Positions 43,116-56,343 of a stretch of 64,000 nucleotides of DNA are shown in pieces. Position numbers and translations under genes: made by a program. The DNA is from an uncultured archaeon (GTDB taxonomy: Archaea; Iainarchaeota; Iainarchaeia; Iainarchaeales; VGJJ01), in the NCBI GenBank assembly GCA_964557045.1, contig CAZKYB010000001.1, positions 902 to 64,901 of the forward strand. Direction: 5' to 3'. Each line of letters opens with the position of its first letter. The first letter of the stretch is position 1. The notes beneath the pieces were generated by a model that ran no database searches, had not been told where the DNA came from, and was given only the letters and a program-made list of their open reading frames with translations.

Positions 43116-45308
43116 TTATTCAAGGAAGAAGCTGTAGTGCTTGACTTCGGGGTCCATTCCCTTTCGCTTGCGCACTTCTTCAACGGTCTTCTTCTGCAAC
43201 TCAGGAGGCAGAATCTCGTATCCGTGGTATTCGGCGGTCCAAATAACACGTCCTTGAGCAGCCCCACGAACGGCTTGGGCAAATCCAATCAATTCCTTCA
43301 CGGGAGCCAGTCCAATAATGATGGTGGCATCTCCTTCGTTCTTGATCTCCGTGATCTGCGTTCGTCGCTGTTGCAATTCGCGCGACACGGCACCCATGTA
43401 TTCTTCCGGGGTCGTGATGGTGAGCAACTGCTTAGGTTCCTCCAACACGGCTTTCGCGGCGAGCATACACGCGTAGATCGTTCGAGACACGACTGGAATG
43501 ATCTGCGAGGGACCGCGGTGGATTGCGTCTTCGTGCAGCTTGGCGTCCACGAGCGTGACCTTGATTCCGTGGACTTCTTCTTTGGCAAGAGGTCCTTGTT
43601 TCATTCCTTCTTGGAATCCCTGAATCACCAGTTCGCGGATTTCGTGCAGGGCTTGAATTCCCTTGGTTCCATCCACCAACAAATTGTAGTTTTCGATGGC
43701 CCAAACTTTCTTGGCCTCTTCGGTTTCCATTCCCACGTTGACGAATTTCTCAATCCATTCTTTGTCTTTGGGCTTGACTTTACCCTTGACCTTGTTGTCC
43801 ATCAACTTCTGCTGCATCTCCGCAGGGATGGGCTCAACCTTCAGCAACAATTTGTTGTGCTTGTTGGGGGACTTTCCTTCCAACTCGGGCGATTCTTGCT
43901 GAATCGTCTCGTGGTACACCACAATCGGAGGTGAGACCGTAATTCCCACTCCGTGTGTTTTCTCAATACGATATTGGTTAATTTCCAAGTGCAATTCTCC
44001 CATTCCCGAGAGCAAGTGTTCTCCCGTGGTCTGGTTGATGGACGCACGCAAGTTGGGGTCTTCCTTCGTGAGCTGTCGGATGACTTCAATCAGCTTAGGC
44101 AAGTCTTTGGTTTGCTTGGCTTCAATTGAGACCGTGATGACCGGTTCCACGTTGGTCTTGAAGGATTCGAACTCTCGCATCTCCGTTTCCGCGACGGTCT
44201 GTCCAGCATAGGCTTCGCGCAATCCCACGATGGCTCCGATAGATCCGGCCGGAATGCTTTCAACTTCCACGAATTCGGGTCCCATGTAGACTCCCACACG
44301 GTTGATGGTGGCTTCCTTCTGGGATCCCACCAATTTCACTTTGACTCCCTTCTTGAGCGTACCGGAGTAAACACGTCCGGTGGCAATGTCTCCGGCGTGG
44401 GGATCCACTGAGACGTCCGTGACCATCATCGCAACGGGTCCGTTCACGTCACACGCGAGCATGGACTTTCCTTCCGTGCTTTCTTGGTCTCCCGACCAGA
44501 TGACGGGGGTTCGATACTTTTGTGCTTGCGTGGGGTTCGGCAAATGCTGCACGACCATTTCGAAGATGGTGTCTTCCAAGGGAGACTTGGATGAAATTTC
44601 TTTCTGCTGGTCCGCCTTCATCCATTCGTACACTTGTTTGAAGTTGATTCCCGTTCTCTTCATGGAAGTAGTAGAAACGGCCCAGTGATTGTAGGCCGAT
44701 CCAAATGAGACGCTTCCATTGGCCGGGTTGACCTGCCAGAGTTCGTCTTTTCCGGCCGGGGCGTTCTTCTTGATCAAATTATTAACGTGAGTAATCGTCT
44801 TGACGAATCGCTTCTGCATTTCTGCTTCGTCAACCTGTAATTCGTTGATCAATCGATCAACCTTGTTGATGAATAAGACCGGGCGAACATTTTCGCGCAA
44901 GGCTTGTCGAATAACGGTTTCTGTTTGAGGCATGACTCCTTCAACGGCATCCACGACCAACACGACTCCATCCACCGCACGCATGGCGCGGATAACTTCT
45001 CCACCGAAGTCGACGTGTCCAGGGGTGTCAATCATGTTGATGAGGTACTGCTTTCCGTGAACCGTAGGAACGAGTGAAATGTTAGCGGCGTTGATCGTGA
45101 TACCGCGTTCTTGTTCCTGGTCTTCGAAGTCCATGAACTGTTGCTTTCCAGCCAACTCTTTGTTGATGAGTCCGGCGGCCGCAATGAGGTTATCGGAGAG
45201 CGTGGTCTTACCGTGATCGATGTGGGCGACGATTCCTAAGTTGCGAACGTCTTGTTGGCTTCCCATCAGCTTCTGCGCGGCGGCTGCCATTTCTTCCTTA
45301 CGACCCAT
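43116..45308 (-). CDS. fusA: translation elongation factor 2 (aEF-2)
   Basis: [26 protein letters not shown] and NKVDR are present. The diphthamide-site context is [15 protein letters not shown]. Confidence 0.95.
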   Translation of the reverse strand: MGRKEEMAAAAQKLMGSQQDVRNLGIVAHIDHGKTTLSDNLIAAAGLINKELAGKQQFMDFEDQEQERGITINAANISLVPTVHGKQYLINMIDTPGHVDFGGEVIRAMRAVDGVVLVVDAVEGVMPQTETVIRQALRENVRPVLFINKVDRLINELQVDEAEMQKRFVKTITHVNNLIKKNAPAGKDELWQVNPANGSVSFGSAYNHWAVSTTSMKRTGINFKQVYEWMKADQQKEISSKSPLEDTIFEMVVQHLPNPTQAQKYRTPVIWSGDQESTEGKSMLACDVNGPVAMMVTDVSVDPHAGDIATGRVYSGTLKKGVKVKLVGSQKEATINRVGVYMGPEFVEVESIPAGSIGAIVGLREAYAGQTVAETEMREFESFKTNVEPVITVSIEAKQTKDLPKLIEVIRQLTKEDPNLRASINQTTGEHLLSGMGELHLEINQYRIEKTHGVGITVSPPIVVYHETIQQESPELEGKSPNKHNKLLLKVEPIPAEMQQKLMDNKVKGKVKPKDKEWIEKFVNVGMETEEAKKVWAIENYNLLVDGTKGIQALHEIRELVIQGFQEGMKQGPLAKEEVHGIKVTLVDAKLHEDAIHRGPSQIIPVVSRTIYACMLAAKAVLEEPKQLLTITTPEEYMGAVSRELQQRRTQITEIKNEGDATIIIGLAPVKELIGFAQAVRGAAQGRVIWTAEYHGYEILPPELQKKTVEEVRKRKGMDPEVKHYSFFLE

Positions 45309-45396
45309 ATTATCATCGACCTCAGTTTTTGGAGAGGGAAAATAGCTCCCTAATACCTCAAGACGCCGGGTGAACGTTTTTAAACGGGAGCGGGAG

Positions 45397-45942
45397 TTAC
45401 CATCGGATAAAGTACCCTCGTTCGATGGAGCGAATGGTCCCTTTCAATACGGTTGAATAATTCTGCATCCTCTCCGCGTGCCGCTGGAGAAGACGATACC
45501 GTTCGGTTGGGAGGTCGTATTTCATCACCTCTCTGCCCAAAAATGACAATGCCTGGTCGACTCGCTCTTGTTCGGAAGTAAGTTCGTCCACCACCAATCT
45601 TCGCATTTCTCTTTTTTTTCCTCGAAGGGTGGCCCTCATTCCGTCTTCACGGATTCTTTCCATGGCCAGGTTAGCGAGGAGGTTGGACCACTTCCTCTGT
45701 TGCGTAATTGATTGGAGTTCCCACGGCAAGGTGGATCCTCTGGATCGAAGTATTTCCAATCGTCCGCGTGCCGTCAAAACCATTTTGCCGGATTTCTTGG
45801 TCACAAGTCGCTGTTCGCGCAATAGCCCAAGCTTTTCCCGATTGGTTAAATTTGATGGCTGGGTACGCAGGGGCCCCTGCACGCGCGTGAACCATGATGC
45901 AACTCGCCGAGAAAGGGGAGGCGAGCGGGGTTTGGAGGCCAT
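45397..45942 (-). CDS. hypothetical basic protein, possible winged-helix N-terminal region plus helical C-terminal region
   Basis: I preferred ATG 45942 (MASKPRS...) because a TTTTTATTTTT TATA-like tract lies 20-30 nt upstream. ATG 45981 is an alternative. LTNREKLGLLREQRLVTKKSGKMVLTARGRLEIL weakly resembles a wHTH recognition helix plus wing. Same strand as fusA and rps7. Confidence 0.45.
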   Translation of the reverse strand: MASKPRSPPLSRRVASWFTRVQGPLRTQPSNLTNREKLGLLREQRLVTKKSGKMVLTARGRLEILRSRGSTLPWELQSITQQRKWSNLLANLAMERIREDGMRATLRGKKREMRRLVVDELTSEQERVDQALSFLGREVMKYDLPTERYRLLQRHAERMQNYSTVLKGTIRSIERGYFIRW

Positions 45943-46050
45943 TCCCGAGGATAGGTTTGGAAAAATAAAAAGGGAGAGCATCTTCCAAAGGGAAAATGCC
46001 CAATATTGATTTTATCGCGAAGCATTTTGGTTAAACTTTGTTTACAAAGT

Positions 46051-46656
46051 TTATCGCGAGGCCAATGCGACGCGTTCGACTTCGTTGCGGCGCTTGATGG
46101 ATTGCGCGTTCGAGTCGTCCTTGGAGGCTTGGATCAATTCCTTGGCCAAGGCTTCCGCGGCGCTGGTGTTGTTGTTGAATGATCCGTAGAATCCGGCCAA
46201 GGCCAAATTCTTCAAGGATTCATCCACGCGCTTCAAGGGGGCGACATCCACGGCTTGCGAATAGGCAACTCCACCCTTCTTCAATCGCGTCACATCTTCT
46301 CGCGGGGCGGCGTTTTCCACGGCTCGCACGAGAATCTGAACGGGATTCTCTTTGGTTTGTTCAAAGACAATATCAAAGGCACCCTCCACAATTCGGATGG
46401 CTTGCAATTTCTTTCCGCAACTTCCTCGTCCGCGGATATACTTACCGGACATCTTTCTCTTTCCTTGTCCGGAGCGCATGACTTTGTTGACCAATCGCTC
46501 AACGACGTTCAACTTTTCCTTCTGATACGCTCGTTTAGTTCCTTTACCAAACGAGTGGGGCACCATGCGCGGAGACAATGAGATTTGTCGCACGAGTGTT
46601 TGGTCTTTCAACACAACACCCGACGTATCCCATTTTCCAAAAAGTTTCGTTTCCAT
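46051..46656 (-). CDS. rps7: 30S ribosomal protein uS7
   Basis: LVERLVNKVMRSG...GKKLQAIRIVEGAFDIV...VENAAPREDVTRLKKGGVAYSQAVDVAP. Confidence 0.95.
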   Translation of the reverse strand: METKLFGKWDTSGVVLKDQTLVRQISLSPRMVPHSFGKGTKRAYQKEKLNVVERLVNKVMRSGQGKRKMSGKYIRGRGSCGKKLQAIRIVEGAFDIVFEQTKENPVQILVRAVENAAPREDVTRLKKGGVAYSQAVDVAPLKRVDESLKNLALAGFYGSFNNNTSAAEALAKELIQASKDDSNAQSIKRRNEVERVALASR

Positions 46657-46677
46657 GCGTGTTTCACCGAGTAAATG

Positions 46678-47106
46678 TTATCGCTTGACCTTTTCCTTCT
46701 TTCCAGTTCGAAGCATTTCTAAGGATTGACCGTTCACGTGCGTGACGCGGTACTTGACTCCCCATTGGGATCCATACGGTCCGTTCTGGGATCCCCCAAT
46801 TCCTTCGATGACGACTTCGTCGTGTTCATCCACAAACTTAATCGCTCCATCGCGGGGACAGAAGGCCGTGACTTGCGTTCCGTTTTTGATCAACTGGACG
46901 CGGACACACTTCATGATTCCCGAGTGGGGTTGTTTTTGCGTGACTCCTCGCTTTTCTAAAACAATGGCCTTGGCCTGCGGAGCGCCCTCTAAGGGGTCGT
47001 ACTTTTCGCGCAAATTGAGGACTCGTCGCTTGTGGTACGGATCTTTCATCCGCCACTTGCTGCGTTTGTCCTCCAATTGTCGGGCTGAAAATTCTCCTCG
47101 CGCCAT
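46678..47106 (-). CDS. rps12: 30S ribosomal protein uS12 (divergent decoding-loop residues)
   Basis: [19 protein letters not shown]...[39 protein letters not shown]...GKKEKVKR. Conserved position upstream of rps7, with a GGTGA SD. Confidence 0.93.
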   Translation of the reverse strand: MARGEFSARQLEDKRSKWRMKDPYHKRRVLNLREKYDPLEGAPQAKAIVLEKRGVTQKQPHSGIMKCVRVQLIKNGTQVTAFCPRDGAIKFVDEHDEVVIEGIGGSQNGPYGSQWGVKYRVTHVNGQSLEMLRTGKKEKVKR

Positions 47107-47157
47107 TCATTCACCTAGTTACAAGTTTTGCTCTTCGGAAGGCTTATAAAAGCCCCC

Positions 47158-47532
47158 TTAGGCCACCTTCTTTTTTGCTCGCTTTGTTTTATGGGCCTGG
47201 TCTTCAAGGACGGCCTTCACGAGGGTCTGCTTCCCCAGCTCTTCAACCTTGGACTTTCCGGCGTCCAAAATCAACAAAGTTGAGATCACGTAGGGCTTTC
47301 CACACACGTTTCCTAACTCCAATCCATTCCCTGCAAAAGAGTAAATGGGGACCTCGGCCAACTTGGCGAGGTGAGACAAGCTTTCCTTAGTCAAATCCGG
47401 GGTGTTTTGGGCGACGACCAACAAGAGTCCTTCCCCATTTCGAACGGAATACTGGGATTCCTTCACTCCAAAGAGTGCTTTTCCCGTGTCAACGGCACGG
47501 CGGATTTCCTTACTGGCTTCTGCGTGATCCAT
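47158..47532 (-). CDS. rpl30e: 50S ribosomal protein eL30 (L30e)
   Basis: ATG 47532 (MDHAEASKEIRRAVDTGKALFGVKES) has a GGAGGTG SD 6 nt upstream. The ORF-track start is a TTG inside that SD. GNVCGKPYVISTLLILDAG is typical of the L7Ae/L30e fold. Confidence 0.9.
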   Translation of the reverse strand: MDHAEASKEIRRAVDTGKALFGVKESQYSVRNGEGLLLVVAQNTPDLTKESLSHLAKLAEVPIYSFAGNGLELGNVCGKPYVISTLLILDAGKSKVEELGKQTLVKAVLEDQAHKTKRAKKKVA

Positions 47533-47630
47533 ACTCCACACCTCCAAAGTGCTTCTCAGGATGGCTAATCTAACCTATTCCCTTGGAAAAAGGCATATAA
47601 ATCAGACTCTCAACCTGCGGGAAAAAGAAT

Positions 47631-47640
47631 CCTTATAGGG
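47631..47640 (+). promoter_or_regulatory. TATA box for the hydrolase gene
   Basis: CCTTATAGGG lies 23-32 nt upstream of ATG 47663. Confidence 0.4.
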
Positions 47641-47662
47641 GAAATCACGCCCAACAAGGTCT

Positions 47663-48289
47663 ATGACCCGTGTGATTGTGGTGCATCGCTGGGGAGGGAC
47701 CCCGGAGACGGATTGGTACCCCTGGCTCAAAAGAGAGGTGGAATCCCTCGGCGGGGAATGCCTCGTTCTCACTATGCCCACTCCTAACAACCCTAAACTC
47801 AAGGAATGGGTCTCCACCCTCAAGGAGTCGGTGAAGGAAGTGAATGAGCAAACCTATTTCGTGGGCCACTCCATCGGATGTCAGACCATTTTACGTTTCA
47901 TTGAGGGATTACCCAAGAATGCCGAGGTGGGCGGGGTTGTTTTAGTGGCTCCTTGGACCAAACTCAAACCGGCATCGTACGAAAACGATGAAGACAAAGC
48001 CATTGCGCAGCCGTGGATTGACACTCCGATTGATTGGAAGAGAATATTCGCGCATGATCACAACACTACGTGCGTGTTTTCGGATGACGATCCCTATGTA
48101 AGTTTGGATGAGGTGGAGTTTTTCCGCAACAAGCTCAATGCGGATATTATTTTAGAGAAAAAAATGGGCCATTTTACGATTTACGATAAAATCACCCGGC
48201 TTCCCATGGTGTTGCATGTGTTGAAGAAGTGGGGAATCTTCCCCCATCGTGAGAAGAAGCGCGAAACGAAAGGAATTTCGAAGGGATGA
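47663..48289 (+). CDS. alpha/beta-fold serine hydrolase, YdeN/RBBP9-like
   Basis: 208 aa. VIVVHRWGGTPETDWYPWL is the family N-terminus. The nucleophile elbow is FVGHSIGC, followed by ...FSDDDPYV...GHF (Ser-Asp-His order). Confidence 0.7.
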   Translation: MTRVIVVHRWGGTPETDWYPWLKREVESLGGECLVLTMPTPNNPKLKEWVSTLKESVKEVNEQTYFVGHSIGCQTILRFIEGLPKNAEVGGVVLVAPWTKLKPASYENDEDKAIAQPWIDTPIDWKRIFAHDHNTTCVFSDDDPYVSLDEVEFFRNKLNADIILEKKMGHFTIYDKITRLPMVLHVLKKWGIFPHREKKRETKGISKG

Positions 48290-48358
48290 AATTCTAAGTA
48301 GATGAAAAAAATGGAAAAAAAGGATAGAGTGGAGGGAATTCCCTCGCACTCGAAAATA

Positions 48359-52183
<3,825 letters not shown>

Positions 52184-52196
52184 AGTTTTCCCTCCG

Positions 52197-54014
52197 TTAC
52201 GCCTTATCCGTCAGGCGCATCTTGGGATAGATCCCGAGCGCCTTCAATTCATCTAACAATAACTTGAATCCGTACGACATCTGCACCGGATACACTTGTG
52301 AGGATTCACACATGGGGCAGAATCGCTTCTTGCGAATTTGGTCGTTCACCGCGATGATTCCGCAGTTCTCACAGACCAATTCCGTGACCTTGTCGGAGTC
52401 ATCGATGAACTTCTCTTGAAGAAGCATGGCGGCACCGTGTCCGACCAATGTTTCTCCTTCCATTTCACCGAATCGCAATCCACCTTCTTTCTCCTTTCCT
52501 TCCGTAGGCTGTCGCGTGAGAATCTGGACAGGTCCGCGGGAGCGAGCTTGGAGCTTGTGGGAGACCATATGGAACAATCGACGATAGGCAATACACCCGA
52601 CGAAGATTTCTCCTTCAATTTTCTTTCCGGTTCGTCCGTCATAGAATGCTTCTTTTCCATCAGATCGGAATCCATGGGCTTCCAAGACTTTCTTGGCATC
52701 TTCGACCGAGTCTTCGTTGAATGCGGTTCCGTCCATGAACTTTCCGCTCATGGCGGCGCTCTTTCCGGTGAGCATTTCGAGCATGTGTCCGATGGTCATT
52801 CGCGTCGGAATGGCGTGCGGGTTCAGCATCAAGTCGGGTTTGATTCCCGATTCCGTGAATGGCATGTCTTCTTCGGGGATAATGGCTCCGATGACTCCTT
52901 TTTGTCCGTGCTTAGAGGCATATTTGTCTCCGGGCTCGGGGATCATGGTCGAGCGCACCTTGACTTTAGCAATACGTGCACCGGAGGTTCCTTCCGTGAG
53001 CACGACGCGGTCAATCATTCCGGGCTTTCCTTTACGGGGGAACACGGACGCTTCGCGTCGCTTTTCTTGAATGACACCGAATTCGGTGATTTCTTCCAAG
53101 AATCGAGGAGGAGAGGTCTTTCCAATCAGGACATCCTTATCGGAGACATACGTTTCCAATTCTCCGAGTCCGTCGGCGCCTAACTTCTTGTACGGCTCTT
53201 CTCCCAAGTGTCCCACGGCTTCTTCGTTGGGGATTTCAAACTTATCAACTTGTCCACCCGGGTATCGGGTCTCTTCGGACTCATAATTGCGGAAATAGGC
53301 TGCGCGTCCGAGTCCTCGCTCAACGGCTCCTCGGTTCAATACCACGGCATCCAACACATTGAATCCCATGTAGGGCATAATCGCCACGACAAAGTTCTGG
53401 ATCATCGGTCGCTGGTCCGTGTTCAAGTAATCAAGGGTTTTAGTTCGAACTAATTCGCGCTGGGGATAATACAATAAGTATGATTCCGTGTCCGTGCGCA
53501 AATTGTAGTTAATCGCAGGCAATCCAAGTGCTTGTTTGAACACCTTCGCACCGTGCAGGGTCTTTCCAGCCAAGTTGTGTTCCAAGAATGGAATCATGGA
53601 GGAAATAACCGAGAAGATTCCCATGGCGTTGATTTCCATGTGGGTGGTTTTCGGCGTGACGTCTTCTTCGCGCAAGGCAATGGAGGCGTTTTCTTCTTCT
53701 TCGGCGTCTAAGTATTCGATGTATCCCTGGTTGACCAAGTCATTCCAGGTAAGCTTTCCGTCCTTGACGTGCTTCAACACTTCCTTCGTGATGCGGGGCT
53801 TTCCACCCTCAACAACGACAACGGGTCGCTGGACGCGTCCAGAATCCGTGTTCACATACAATTCGAAGTTGTCTTCGTGCAGAGCGATGTTAACTTGAGG
53901 GTCAATTTTTCCGGAGCGGCGCTTGGCGATGAGATCTTTGGTCAACTTCTGGATGTCTTTGTGGAACCCCATCAGTTTTCCGTTTACGAAAACTTTTCCT
54001 TCTTGGCCAACCAT
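52197..54014 (-). CDS. rpoB1: DNA-directed RNA polymerase subunit B' (C-terminal half of a split B)
   Basis: ATG 54014 follows a GGAGAGGTGA SD. The ORF-track start at 54023 is a GTG inside that SD. SKHGQKGVIG, GEMEGETL and the C-terminal zinc ribbon CENCG...CPMC are present. Confidence 0.95.
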   Translation of the reverse strand: MVGQEGKVFVNGKLMGFHKDIQKLTKDLIAKRRSGKIDPQVNIALHEDNFELYVNTDSGRVQRPVVVVEGGKPRITKEVLKHVKDGKLTWNDLVNQGYIEYLDAEEEENASIALREEDVTPKTTHMEINAMGIFSVISSMIPFLEHNLAGKTLHGAKVFKQALGLPAINYNLRTDTESYLLYYPQRELVRTKTLDYLNTDQRPMIQNFVVAIMPYMGFNVLDAVVLNRGAVERGLGRAAYFRNYESEETRYPGGQVDKFEIPNEEAVGHLGEEPYKKLGADGLGELETYVSDKDVLIGKTSPPRFLEEITEFGVIQEKRREASVFPRKGKPGMIDRVVLTEGTSGARIAKVKVRSTMIPEPGDKYASKHGQKGVIGAIIPEEDMPFTESGIKPDLMLNPHAIPTRMTIGHMLEMLTGKSAAMSGKFMDGTAFNEDSVEDAKKVLEAHGFRSDGKEAFYDGRTGKKIEGEIFVGCIAYRRLFHMVSHKLQARSRGPVQILTRQPTEGKEKEGGLRFGEMEGETLVGHGAAMLLQEKFIDDSDKVTELVCENCGIIAVNDQIRKKRFCPMCESSQVYPVQMSYGFKLLLDELKALGIYPKMRLTDKA

Positions 54015-54047
54015 GTTTTTCACCTCTCCTTTCTCCGTTTTTTGTCC

Positions 54048-55523
54048 CTATTTCAAGTATACGTCCATTCCCTTGAGCAATTTCTCAACGGGTTCCGGAT
54101 TCACATCCTGGGTGACTTCCGAAAACAATCCTAAATTCTTCACTAACCCACATTGAGGTCCGTCCGGCGTCTCAATACAGCACAAGCGTCCCCAGTGGGT
54201 TCCGTGAACATCACGTGCTTCGTAGAGTTCGCGGTTCTTGTTCAAGGGAGACTTGACCTTTCGGAACTCTGTCAGGGGTCCGAGATAGTTCACGCGGTCC
54301 ATGAATCGCGAGACACCCGTGGAGCGTCCGATCCAGTTACCCGTGCTCATTCCGAACAAGATTCGCTCGGTGACCGCGCCGGGTCGAACGACCGTGGAGA
54401 TGTTCAACTTTCGTCGGCGAGTAACCGTTCGGTCAATCTGGAACGTCAAGTCCTTGATGAAGTACTTGAACGAGTGTCGGAACAAATGCTCCATGAGCTT
54501 TCCCGAAAGTTCAAGTCGCTTGTTTCCGTAATGATCCTTATCATCCTGTCCGCGCAATCCATTCGCGCGTTCGATGGCGCGTGTGGCCATGGTGGCGAGG
54601 TAGAAGGCCTTGGCTCGACGATCTTCTTTCTGGTTTCCAATATGAGGAAGCAAGAAGGCGTCGATGACTTCTTGGGCGCGTCGCAGTCGGTAATCGATGA
54701 CTTGTCCGGGCGCCACATATTTACCGATTCGGTCCAAGGCTTCTTCTTCGTCCTTGACGTCGTTGGCTTCTAAGTTAATCAGCACATCGTTCATGATTCC
54801 GGGAGTCGAGGGGAATGCTTGGAGCATTTCCTTGTCGTCCTTCAATCCCAAGGCTTTCAACAGCGCGAACAATCGCAGCTTTCGAGGAGACGCGGGGAAG
54901 GTGACGGACAGCATTCCGTCTTTGCTTCGCGTGACGCGAACGCGTCCCTTGAACGCACCCTTCGTGGAGATAACTTCCGCGGAGAATTTGTCTCCGGCGT
55001 TCTCCGTGATGAGAATTCGGTCCGAGGACAGAACTTCCTGGGCGGTGAGTGCTTTTTCGCTTCCGTTAATCACAAAGTATCCGCCGAAGTCCATGGGGTC
55101 TTCTCCCATGGCGATTAATTCTTCGCTGGTTTTCCCCTGCAAGTGGCAGAGTTTAGATTTGAGCATCACCGGCAATTCTCCGATGTAGGTCTTCTTCACG
55201 TCCTGTTCGACATCTCGTCGCAGCAAGCGCATGGTCAAGAATAAGGGAGCGGAGTACGTTCGATTACGTATGCGTGCTTCCATGGGATAGAAATCGTTTC
55301 GCGGAGATCCATCGGCTTCCACGATGCGGGGCTTCTGGACTTCAATCTCTTCGAGTTCAATTCGAACTTCTTCAATTTTGGGTGTAATCGTTTTGTTTTC
55401 TTTGATGATTTCATTCAATCGGTCGTCCACAAACTGGTTGTAGGAGCTGATGTTCATTTGTGCAAAATTTTTGTTCTTGAACCAGCTCTCAACGAGTGCG
55501 TATTGTTCCCAGCTCTGCGTCAT
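54048..55523 (-). CDS. rpoB2: DNA-directed RNA polymerase subunit B'' (N-terminal half of a split B)
   Basis: SSYNQFVD...GYFVINGSEKALTAQE...RDVHGTHWGRLCCIETPDGPQCGLVKNL. Confidence 0.95.
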   Translation of the reverse strand: MTQSWEQYALVESWFKNKNFAQMNISSYNQFVDDRLNEIIKENKTITPKIEEVRIELEEIEVQKPRIVEADGSPRNDFYPMEARIRNRTYSAPLFLTMRLLRRDVEQDVKKTYIGELPVMLKSKLCHLQGKTSEELIAMGEDPMDFGGYFVINGSEKALTAQEVLSSDRILITENAGDKFSAEVISTKGAFKGRVRVTRSKDGMLSVTFPASPRKLRLFALLKALGLKDDKEMLQAFPSTPGIMNDVLINLEANDVKDEEEALDRIGKYVAPGQVIDYRLRRAQEVIDAFLLPHIGNQKEDRRAKAFYLATMATRAIERANGLRGQDDKDHYGNKRLELSGKLMEHLFRHSFKYFIKDLTFQIDRTVTRRRKLNISTVVRPGAVTERILFGMSTGNWIGRSTGVSRFMDRVNYLGPLTEFRKVKSPLNKNRELYEARDVHGTHWGRLCCIETPDGPQCGLVKNLGLFSEVTQDVNPEPVEKLLKGMDVYLK

Positions 55524-55753
55524 TGGACCACTCTCCGATAGTAGATGGTTGTCCCGGCCACGGGAGAATTGCGCGTGATGCGAATAACGTCGCCGACATT
55601 GGCTTTCAATTCCGCAACCATGGGGTCGTCGGATGCGATGCGGGGGAGTTTGTCAAAATCAAGACCGAACTGCGTGAGCAGTGATTGTGTCTCTTCCTTG
55701 TTCAGGAGTTCGTGTTTCGGTACCAGGTGGTGTTCGGCGATTGTTTTGAGCAT
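55520..55753 (-). CDS. rpoH: DNA-directed RNA polymerase subunit H (Rpb5 C-terminal domain)
   Basis: HHLVPKHELLNKEE...KLPRIASDDPMVAELKANVGDVIRITRNSPVAGTTIYYRRV. The ATGA overlaps the rpoB2 start. Confidence 0.93.
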   Translation of the reverse strand: MLKTIAEHHLVPKHELLNKEETQSLLTQFGLDFDKLPRIASDDPMVAELKANVGDVIRITRNSPVAGTTIYYRRVVQ

Positions 55754-55998
55754 GCTCTCTCACGTCTCCTCACGTCATGAGGAACGGGGCTAGTCTCGGG
55801 GCTGCTTGCGCAGAGATGTTTCAAAACGAAAAAAATGATCGTCTCCCCAAAACCCAAACGTTAACCGAAAGCCCCGCAACCCTCACGTAATACTCAAAAC
55901 ACCAGGAAAACGCTTATAAAGTTGTTTGCATCCCCGGAAAAATAGGTAATAGAAGAGGCATTATGTACGGTTTCCGAGGGCGAAAGGAGAAAAAGTCC

Positions 55999-56283
55999 CT
56001 ATTTACGTCTTTTTTTCTTCATTTTTCGCTTGGGTTTCTCTTGTTGAGCGTCCCCAAACGTGTGCCGGTGCATTTGGTGCATCGGATTGGAGAAAAGACC
56101 ATAGAAGATGATTCCCAAGAGTAGGAGGATGGCAATCCAGTGATGTTGGGTCGGAATCATCACGAGGATGAGGAGTACGGCCACCACGGCTCCAATCGGG
56201 GCAATCCATCGTTCCATGTTCGGGATAGGGTTGACGGAGAATAAAAAAGGCACGTTCGCCCCCCATTCGGGTTTTGGAGCCAA
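55999..56283 (-). CDS. small 2-TM protein with His-rich loop and poly-Lys/Arg tail (start may be the MERW methionine at 56217)
   Basis: 94-aa ORF. Hydrophobic segments are IAPIGAVVAVLLILVMI and WIAILLLLGIIFYGLF. The tail is KPKRKMKKKRRK. Confidence 0.4.
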   Translation of the reverse strand: MAPKPEWGANVPFLFSVNPIPNMERWIAPIGAVVAVLLILVMIPTQHHWIAILLLLGIIFYGLFSNPMHQMHRHTFGDAQQEKPKRKMKKKRRK

Positions 56284-56310
56284 AATAACGTCTCCGCGGG
56301 GGGATAAGGT

Positions 56311-56319
56311 ATTTATAGG
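56311..56319 (+). promoter_or_regulatory. TATA box for the GT2 / cyclase operon
   Basis: ATTTATAGG lies 25-33 nt upstream of ATG 56344. Confidence 0.45.
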
Positions 56320-56343
56320 CCAAAACGTTCCCTTGCCCTCAGT

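Noticed and set aside
43137-43934. 265-aa plus-strand ORF, and similar ones at 52338-53183, 50339-51028 and 54153-54773
   Set aside because: They are antisense to fusA, rpoB1, rpoA1 and rpoB2 respectively. No independent support.
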